This document shows positions 24,209-33,300 of a DNA stretch of 64,000 bases, piece by piece. The notes beneath the pieces were generated by a model. That model was given only the letters and a program-made list of their open reading frames with translations, searched no databases and was not told the DNA's origin. Position 1 is the stretch's first letter. Every line of letters starts with the position of its first letter. A program made the position numbers and the translations under genes. Source of the DNA: Daphnia carinata (lineage: Eukaryota); the NCBI RefSeq assembly GCF_022539665.2, contig NC_081333.1, positions 11,594,001-11,658,000 on the forward strand, read 5' to 3'.

Positions 24209-25841
24209 CGTTCACTGTCTTGCCGCAAAGTTACAGCAAAGCACACAAGGTTTTCACTGCCAGCGTTCGATCCTTATTCATCTATTCACACTGCTAATCC
24301 AGCACTTCTTTTATTGGACATTTAGACGAAGCTGACAAGGCTTTTTGCTGGTACTGATCGTACTGTTTATTGGTACATGATTTTTCAGTCAGGCGGCCAA
24401 ATCTTTTTTAATGCATTGCCTAGTCGAGAAGTGCTATGGGATTTTTTGCGCTTTTGTTATAAGAAGCACATTGTATCCGTAAGAATTAGACATGCTAGCA
24501 TTCAGTCCATCCTACTAAATCCAGTAATACAACACTTACATCTAATACTAAAATTAATTAATTCTGAATAGGTGGAAACCACCAACGACGAAGTACAATA
24601 CGTGTATATATTTTCTAACCTTTTGGGTTTCCGGCTTCAAAAACAAAGACGGGCGAAGTAAACTGAGATAGCTGAGCGGTTCGGAGTCTCTGATGGAACG
24701 ATCTTCCTGTGACCCTCGACTAACTTGGACTAGTGACTCCGGAAACATTTTCTCTGACCATTATCTTCTCAAAGTCTAATTATAGTCGGACCTGTTCTAC
24801 CGTCACAACGCTCTCATTCTCTGTCTATAGGCTGTCTCGGTGTAGTAGGTTTTGTTTTCTAGCTGTTGCTTATTTATTTCACAGTAGGAGTCAATGCAAA
24901 GAAGCCCGATTCGTCATTCGGAGTTGCTGAGAAAAGCAGGTCAACTATGTGACCGACTTTAACGTAAGGTACCGCCCCCTCTCATCAGTTCGTGTTCTGT
25001 CTGCATTCAATTGCACACACATTGAAGTTTCCGCAGTTTATTTTTGACAGTGACCTAGTACAGAGAGCCAACTCCAATTGAAACAAGAATAATGCTTATA
25101 CTATGCGCAAAGTATTTGTTACCACAAGTTTATACGCCTTTTAACTTGCTGTTTGCTTTCAGTAAATGTCTTCACCTGATAGCACAATCGGGTCAGCATC
25201 GTTCACGTTTAGTTGCATTATTATTCGTACCGGTAATGCCTCCTAAAGCAACCAATACGGTAGCTCTTGAGCAATTGAACTTTTCATTTAATTTACATCC
25301 ATTTTACCACATTCTGAAACTCGCGACAATTAAAATACAAAAGAAAATCATGCGTCAGTACAGTAGATTCTTTCAGCGATTCAGCAGAAATGGTAAATCG
25401 ATGCGACAATCCTTCCGCTTCGAAATCTTGCAAGTGCTAAGATGTGGCAGGTTAAAGGAAAGCAATTGTTCTTGTACAAAATGATGCCTTTAGGAATGGA
25501 GCTAGTAGAGAACAGATATAAAATTGAACAGGATGATGCGGATAAAAACGAACCCATATTCCTTCTAACTTTCAAAAATGAAAGTTTGGCAGCACCATCT
25601 AGTAAGCAAACATGGCAAATACCAGACGAAATCAAAGAAAATTGATTCATCGATATATTGTCATTGTCAATCTTTTATAAGAACCGTCGTTTTGTTCGCG
25701 TTTGATAGCGTGCTATTTCTGTCCAGTTATTTCGGTTTGCTTGTAAGCCTTGTTTGTATTGTCTAAGCTCGAACGTCGTGACTTATTGTCGTGTCAAAAA
25801 ACTCGGTATTCTTTCTGTATTTTCAGTATCAAGTGTCGAAT

Positions 25842-26444
25842 ATGTCTTTTCCCAAAGAAATACCGTCCCCCGCTCGGTCTCCGAATACTTCTATGGGGTC
25901 GATTAGTGAATCGCCATCAAGAAGTTCCTTAATTCCGAATCCTATTATAACAAAAAGGACGAGAACCTTATCTATGTAATTCTTATAACTAAGTTTCAAG
26001 CTTATTTTTAATATAAAATGTGATAAATCATTTGTAATTAAAGGCTCGAGCTGGCGTTGGAGCACCCAGTTGAACATGGGGTAATCAAAAGTTTTTGCAG
26101 AGTAAAGGGCCATGGTTTCATCAAGAAAGATGATGGTGATGATATATTTGTCCATGTTTCTGAGTATGTTATTCCTTCCTAAAGACTACATGTCACACAT
26201 TATACTCACAAAGTTTGTTTATTTGGTTAGCATTGATGGAGAATATGTCCCAAGAGTAGGGGATGAAGTATCTTTTCGGAAGCTACAAATTCCCCCTAGA
26301 ATGGAAAAATATCAGGCTGTTCATGTTCAAATAACAAACTTCACTCCTGAAGTTCATCAGCGCTGGACATCACCACTGACACCAGAGGAAGGTCGTGAGG
26401 GTTCTAGGCCTGGTTCCCCAACATCATCAAACAAAACAAAATAG
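25842..26444 (+). CDS. CARHSP1: Calcium-regulated heat-stable protein 1 / CSDC2-like cold-shock-domain protein, copy A (3 coding exons)
   Basis: Exons 25842-25975, 26044-26163, 26231-26444: [67 protein letters not shown]. Confidence 0.92.
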
Positions 26445-27222
26445 ATTAAGAACATTGCCAATTGATTTCTCTGGCAATTTTCAGAGTTCCATTACCTTCC
26501 AGACTTCCCTAATGTTGGAACTGAATGTCTTAATTAGTTCACACTATCATATTCCTATAACATCACATAAAGGTGGATCTCTGTTTACAATTGAAAATCT
26601 TTGCAAGTAGTTAATTAATATAAACTTAACTATTTGGTTTTTTCCTTACATAGCTAGTGAGGCGTGTCATTTCGTTTGGAGCCGTTAATGCAAAAATCGT
26701 TGTTGATCATTACAGTCATTCCAGCTTAATCGAATAGGAATTCTATTGTGTATTAACTATCACATGCGCAAAATTTCTAAGTTAAATCGTGTTAGATAAT
26801 CTTGATTGTATTTAAATTAGTTGGTTCTACCTTCTCGTTATCAGGAAACTATTTAAGCAATCTGTCGCACAAAAAATCGATAAGGGAATTATGTTCGCAG
26901 TGTATTTTATGTTTTACGGCCAATAGTGTTTACGCGAAGAGGGGAAAAAGTTCTTTCGTTCGATATGAATACAGGCCCTCTAGCGAAAGGTTTTGCGTTC
27001 TCGAATCCGAATTCCCCTAGTACGGGCCGCGGGGAGCTTCTTTGTTTATTAACTATTAGCTTGTCACAATTTCCAAGGCTCATCATATTGTTTAGGCCGA
27101 CAACTTTGGTGTTGTAAGTTGTCAAAAATTTTTAATTTAGCATTCTGCATAGCTTAAGCTAATGTGTTGAGTTTAATGGCAGCATTTGGAATATATTTCT
27201 GAAATGAAATTCAGAAAGAAAA

Positions 27223-27888
27223 ATGTCAGAATCGAAGGATCAAAACGTAGAGGATGCTTCGTCGTGTCCCGGTTTTGGTAACGTTGCTCCCTCAAGCTCG
27301 ATGGGTGGAGAATCCCTATCGTCCGCTATCCTTCCGAATCCAATCATAACGAAACGAACAAGAACTCAGTCTATGTGATTTTCTATAAAAATTTTATATA
27401 AAATATGAAGCATGAAGATACTTTTCTTGGCAGGTTGGAACTAGCTTTAGACAACCCAGTTGAAAATGGTGTGATCAAGAGCTTTTGCAGAGTGAAAGGT
27501 CATGGTTTCATCAAGAAAAATGATGGGGATGAAATTTTTGTTCATGTGTCAGAGTATGTCGATCGTTTTCTTCTCACACAGTTCAATTAATTATCAACCA
27601 TTTTCTTATTAGCATTGATGGAGAATATGTCCCAAGGATTGGAGATGAAGTGTCTTTTCGTAAACTTCTGGTGCCACCAAAACTGGAGAAATTCCAAGCT
27701 GTTCATGTTCAAATAACAAATTTTACACCTGAAGTTCATCAGCGTTGGACATCAGGTATAAGAGTGTGAGAAAGCACATTTGTTTGTTGTGTATGCACAC
27801 TTGCTTTTATTTTGTAGCCCTCACAGCAGAAGAGAGTCATGAGGGTTCAAGGCCAACTTCTCCCAGCAGCATGAACGTAGATTCATAG
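27223..27888 (+). CDS. CARHSP1: CARHSP1/CSDC2-like protein, tandem copy B (4 coding exons)
   Basis: Exons 27223-27374, 27434-27553, 27613-27755, 27818-27888: [67 protein letters not shown]. The frame is intact. Confidence 0.92.
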
Positions 27889-28297
27889 TACTGACTATAA
27901 TTACATCAACAGTGTCTAAGATGACATAGCAGCAGTATTCTGCAATTTGCGTTGAAACTCTTCAAAAGCTTTCTGCGGTATCCTCCCATTACATCACTAA
28001 CATGCATGAAGTATCAAACTTCTTCCATTTCACTAACAATTCTTTAAAATGTGATTTTTGATCTTAAAAATAATTTATTTGGTTAGGGAAGTACAATATT
28101 AAAATCACAGTACTTCAACATGTAAGTGAGAATCAACAAATCTTTGGGTAGTTAACATGTTAGAGGCTTAAATTGCAATGGTTTGAGTTATTAACATGTG
28201 CAATGAGATTTTGGGGCTTTCTTGCACAAATTATTGCTAAGTGAATAAAAAGACTGTTCAACCGACAACTTAGAAAACAATCATTCTCAAATACAAA

Positions 28298-28760
28298 TCA
28301 ACTACATTTCCATGCGCAAACACCCAAATTGCTGTTTAAAAACATATATATTATGTTTTTGGTTTCATATGAGATTTCTAGAGCAAAGGTTTCACCCACG
28401 ACACAATGCCAAGATGGGCCACATCTTTTATCAAGAGTTTCTTTGATTTGTTTTGCTGCAGCCTAAGAAAAAAAAGAACTATAAAACTAGTAAATTTGTA
28501 AAAAGACAGGCAGCTACACCTCATGATTAGACGGATATTTTTCACACGAGGCAACAATGATTTCAACACACTCATTCTTCGTTTCTTCACACAAATCTGC
28601 ATGCTGATTGGGACACCAAATAATTAGGATGTTATTATTATCGGAAACAGTAATAACCAAACGTTTATTTTACCCGAATTAGTGGATAATAATGGATAGC
28701 CTTTCTAGAAGCAGCCATGTCTGAGTCGTCCCTTCTGTTCAAATCTGCGGTTGTGTCCAT
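28298..28760 (-). CDS. DNAL4: Dynein light chain 4, axonemal
   Basis: Exons 28760-28674, 28603-28520, 28462-28298: HYYPLIR|HADLCEETKNECVEIIVASCEKYPSNHE|AAAKQIKETLDKRCGPSWHCVVGETFALEISYETKNIIYMFLNSNLGVCAWKCS*. The WKCS terminus is characteristic of DNAL4. Confidence 0.92.
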
Positions 28761-28873
28761 TCTATAGGAGCTAATAAATCAATAAGTGACGTAAAAAAGT
28801 AACAAGTTGATGGGAATGGGTCCAAAAATCAATTTAAGTATACGGCCCACGATTTCTTTGTCTCGTGATGCTC

Positions 28874-28887
28874 GCTATTATGACAAC
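28874..28887. promoter_or_regulatory. Candidate RFX X-box upstream of DNAL4
   Basis: GCTATTATGACAAC fits GYTRYY-N2-RRHRAC and lies ~115 bp upstream of the ATG of a ciliary gene. Confidence 0.5.
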
Positions 28888-29017
28888 CAAATTGCTGTCT
28901 TATAACCTCAATCGTCTATTTATTGACATAACAAAAGTCACCTGATAAATTGAAGACGATTTCTGTGCGCTTCACTAGATGGTGCGCGAAAGGCAAATGT
29001 AAAACATAAGTCTTTAA

Positions 29018-29793
29018 ATGGCAATCCGTTTTACCCCCTCAAAAAAAAAAAAAAATACCGGCCTTTTTTTAGTACCAGTCAAATTTCTAGTTAATTCTCT
29101 ACATACACTCGCTGAATTTTTCCACTGGCGCTAGCGCTGTAGCGTACTGGCGCGCTAGCATTGCGTCAAATAATCGGCGCATTTCAAGGACGATTAACTT
29201 AATGAAAAAATAGCAATTTTCCCGGAATCACCATTCAATTTTGAGTATATCCTGTGATATTCAACCAATTCCGATGAGTATTAGCTTTTGCAGAAAATTT
29301 TTTTAAGCCCGACTAAATAAACCGGACTAAATAAGCCCGACTTTTCGTTCGAGTGTATCTAGAGAATTAGCTAGAAATTTGACCGCTAGATGACGGTAGC
29401 AGTATAGCAACAAAAAACCTATTTTTTCTGTTCCCGACGAAATTATCTCGACTTAAGAATAAAAGACGGGCTTATTTAGTCGGGCTTAAAAAATTTTTCT
29501 CCAAAAACCGGCAATCATCGGAATTCGCTGCATATCAGGGTACGTACTCAAAATTGACTGCTGATTCCACTAAAATTGCTATGTTTTTCACTAAGTTAAT
29601 TGTATTTGAAATACACCGAGTATTTCATGCAATGCTAGCGTGCCAGTACGCTACAGCGCTAGCGAAATGCAGCAGAAAAATTCGGCTAGTGTATGTAGAG
29701 AATTAACCAGAAATCTGACCGGAAGATGGCAATAGCAGTAAAAACAGAAAAAAAGGCCGATATTTTTTTTTGGAGGGTAAAACGGATTGCCAT
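29018..29793. mobile_element. Non-autonomous foldback/MITE-like DNA element with ~330 bp imperfect inverted arms
   Basis: The ends ATGGCAATCCGTTTTACCC... and ...GGGTAAAACGGATTGCCAT are inverted repeats. Inverted homology continues inward (GCTAGCGCTGTAGCGTACTGGC vs GCCAGTACGCTACAGCGCTAGC; TTAAGCCCGACTAAATAA vs TTATTTAGTCGGGCTTAA), arms ~29018-29345 and ~29461-29793. There is no ORF and no unambiguous target-site duplication. Confidence 0.88.
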
Positions 29794-29834
29794 AAAGTCT
29801 AGCCGGTCTAGCTGTCGTCTGAAACACGTGCTAA

Positions 29835-30206
29835 ATGAGCTTTTTAAATAGTGGTGTTATATCGAGCATAAAACGAGCTCTTAATTTGCATTTTCTTATC
29901 AATCATTTTGGGAGAACAAGTTCTGGTTGTTTCATAAAAACATATCGTTTAACTGCCAGCATGACAGATATTCTCAAAACGGAGAAACCTCTCGGAATGA
30001 AGGTCGATGCCGATCCCTCTGTTAGTGCTAATCAAACTTTTGAAATTTCCGACGTGGACAAAATTCGGACAGTAGAAGGTATTGCCGAAGATTGTACAGA
30101 TAAAGGTGTTCTACCTGTCCATACTGAACATCTGTTAAAATCAAGTGATAACCGAACAGTAGAAGAATCCCACGAAGGAAATGCTGTGGAACTACAAGCA
30201 TCAGAG
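29835..30206 (+). CDS. RPUSD2: Candidate alternative first coding exon 1a of the RPUSD2/RluA gene (mitochondrial-presequence-like N-terminus)
   Basis: The ATG is directly preceded by an in-frame TAA. 124 codons end at GAG|GTATTT in phase 0, compatible with the phase-0 acceptor at 40659. The linkage to RPUSD2 is inferred from the absence of any other downstream partner exon. Confidence 0.55.
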
Positions 30207-33200
30207 GTATTTAACATCTTTTAGCTTCACGTGTGCTTATCAATTTGCTAAAACTAGTAATGTCACACATAGCAATGTTTCTGTATTGGCATATTATCAA
30301 ACATTGAGTTCTGGTCTCTAAAGTGGCACTTGTCACGAATGTCTTCATGAATATTCAAATGCCAAGATCACATTCAGTCTGAGATGAACAATCAGATTTT
30401 CTATTCAAAGTCAACCTTTTTTCTGACATAAGCACCATCAAGTTTTTCATTTATTTGGTTATGTTGGACTGGAATAGCTAGTACTCGGAATGGTTTGATA
30501 TTTGCTCCCTGCCAAAGAGTGGCAATAGAAATGTTGGTTAGAATTAGGTGTCATACTATCCAATTGCCATCTGTTTCCACCTGTTTTTGTGCAGTTTGTT
30601 GATATTTGCTCTTACCCAGCACCACTTTCCGCCGTCTAACGGAGTAATTGACGCGCCGAACGTTATTGTTTTACTCGTCAAAAACAACAATCGACTCGTT
30701 GGGAATGGCGCAACAAAGACTTACACAACTCCCCCGTGTTCTCGTAAATTTGACCGACAATCAAATTAGTTCTTCGGCTCTCTTTCTCGAAGTCCTTTTT
30801 GTTTTTCGTAACTCCAATTGCTTCTGCTAGTCTTTCAATTGATATTTTGAGTTCCCAATTGACCAAATCAACTAAAGTATTCTACATTAAAAGTTCGATT
30901 GGAAGACGCCTTGATGTTACCTCAAGACTCTTGATCAAAAACCTTCGATGCGTGAAAGTCCTACGCGTAAGTCAATTACGTCTAGCCAACCTTTTGGAGA
31001 AGTGTTCAAGTACGAAATCCAAAGTTAAAATGATGAAGGCTTTCCTTAGGGATTTATCCTCTTGAACATGCCTTCATCATTAGAAATGGCCTTACATTTT
31101 AGCATCAGATGCTACATGATGGTTGTACATTTGCTCTTCAAACTAATCGATCCAACTGTACAATTTTATATCGAAATAATTCTTCAAACTTTTTGATAAT
31201 CACTAGCTCGTCTTGTTCCACATTTCGAAACGAGCAAAAGCCAAGTTCCATTGGGTTGCAGATGTCGTTTTCTCGATTTTTCTTGTTCTTTTTGACATCT
31301 CATTTTCCAGAACGGGGGCGAATCGGTTTCGCCCCTCTCACACCAACTGTAGTGTGTAATACAGTTGCGTTGTCACGACAGCGAGTTGGGGAGGTCGTGA
31401 ATTTTGGGTGAAACGAAAACTGTCTGTGCGTGTTGTTGCATGAGGCTCGAGCCTCTAACATCCTTAGAAAAAAAAAGAACGGGGTCTAAGTAAATATAGA
31501 CTGGGTTTCACTTCCTATCTCGGCTTTGTCTTCCATCCAAGATCTTGGCAACGGCTGTAGGGTGGTGGTGTATTGCTGGTGCCCCCGTTAGCCTTGACGC
31601 AATCGTTCGCGACCAACTATATCTGGCTTTTGTTGGTGTAGGGGAACTCGAGGTCCATTAGGGTTGGACTCTGCAAGTCTTGACGTAACCAGGGCTCTTG
31701 CGCAATCAAGCTTGAACGACACCCATCGGCCATAATTCACAACAGAGCTCCCGTTTTCCACCAACCATTTATTCCGCGAAACGCCGCCCTCCTTTTTCTT
31801 TGTTTTTTTTTTTGTTCTCAGTTTGTCACTTTTTGGATGTTTGTGACGGCCAAGAATGAGATCCACTAAGCCTGTGCGATGGTTTTTCTCTCACGCTACG
31901 ATAAGATTTGATGCAGCAAATCTCCGAGGCCATGAAAAGATTTGAATTTATGGTGTGCACCCACGGTTCCAATATCTGCGCTGGAAGAAAATGGTTGGGT
32001 GCGAATGCAAACCCCGAGAATTTCCCATTTATTTTTTTCCGCCTCTTTTTTTTTTTGAACGTTTCTTTTACTTGCAACGAATTTTCTTCATCCTGTTTGT
32101 TCGTCGTTGCTGGTAATACTTCTTTCATACGCCAGCACCTTTTCACGGTGAGCGTACGCTTATAAATAAGTGTCAAACGCAGGCTTTTTATTTATACGTG
32201 TGTTATTCTTTGAAATTCTTTGAGGCGGATCAATTGCATAAAAGTTGACTTGGTATTCTTCCTTTTTTTTTCGATACGAAAAATGCGGCTAAATCCGGCA
32301 GACACAAGGAAATGAAATAAAAATCGAAACAAGATGTGGAGATGGAAGCAAAGTTGACAACTTTCTGGCTGTCCGCCCATCTGTCCGCCTCGTCTTTCTC
32401 CGTTCCTGTCATTTTTTTTTTTTACCCATGTTTACGTATGTGCAAGATAAGTTCAATCCAAATGTTTGTTCTCGTTGGAAAAAAAAAAAGGCGGCTCTCA
32501 CCTGCCATGATCGAAGAAGAAATGCCACACTGCCTATATCCCCCCCCTCTCTACATATTTAAAACTCGTTCCAGGAAGTCTTTCCTGATATCCCAGCGTA
32601 AATTATTTTTATTATTATTTTTTTTTGCAATCAATTCAACAACATTTTTGAATGTTCCGTTTTATTTCGTGCCTTGGCATTCATCTAACGTCGCCACTTG
32701 CCGTTCATTACCGAAGAGGGGAAGAAAAAAAAAAGATAGAACTTGGAGGTGCGCACTTTTTAATGTCGATAGGAAACAGACGACGTAGGAAGGGGAACGG
32801 GATACGCACGCGCTGGCGAGGAGAGCGAGGATCAGAAGAGAGGGAGGAGACGAGAGTAGTAGTAGTTGTAGTAGTAGGAACCAGTGTGCGTGTGTAAATC
32901 GGTGCCAGTGCGAGTTCTGTTGCGATAGACTCCAGCCGAGCCGCTGGAGTTGCGCTCAGTTGACGCCGTCTGCCCGAGACAGCATCATCGTCAATTCCAT
33001 ATCTCAATCTCTCATTTGTTTTTGGTGATACTCGTTTTTTTTTCTTTCTCAAATCTACCTCGCAAGTCTATTGGTCGTTTTTACGTGTTGCTTTGTGGTA
33101 GAAGAAGTCGTTGTTTGTATTTTCACGGAACGGTCATCGTTTGAAGTGTGGACATTGTTGGTCCAGGCCACTTGAAAGAGGGGGAAAAAAGACAAACAGA

Positions 33201-33300
33201 GAAAGAGACAAACATTCACTTACGCACGTCTCGTTTGCTAGTTGTTATTGTTGTTGGCAGTGGCTAAATCGCGTTTCAAAGACAAACAATTCGAAAGCCG

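Noticed and set aside
25442..25645. 67-aa ORF upstream of CARHSP1 copy A
   Set aside because: No recognisable homology, in-frame stop shortly upstream, and no convincing spliced model; probably promoter or UTR sequence.
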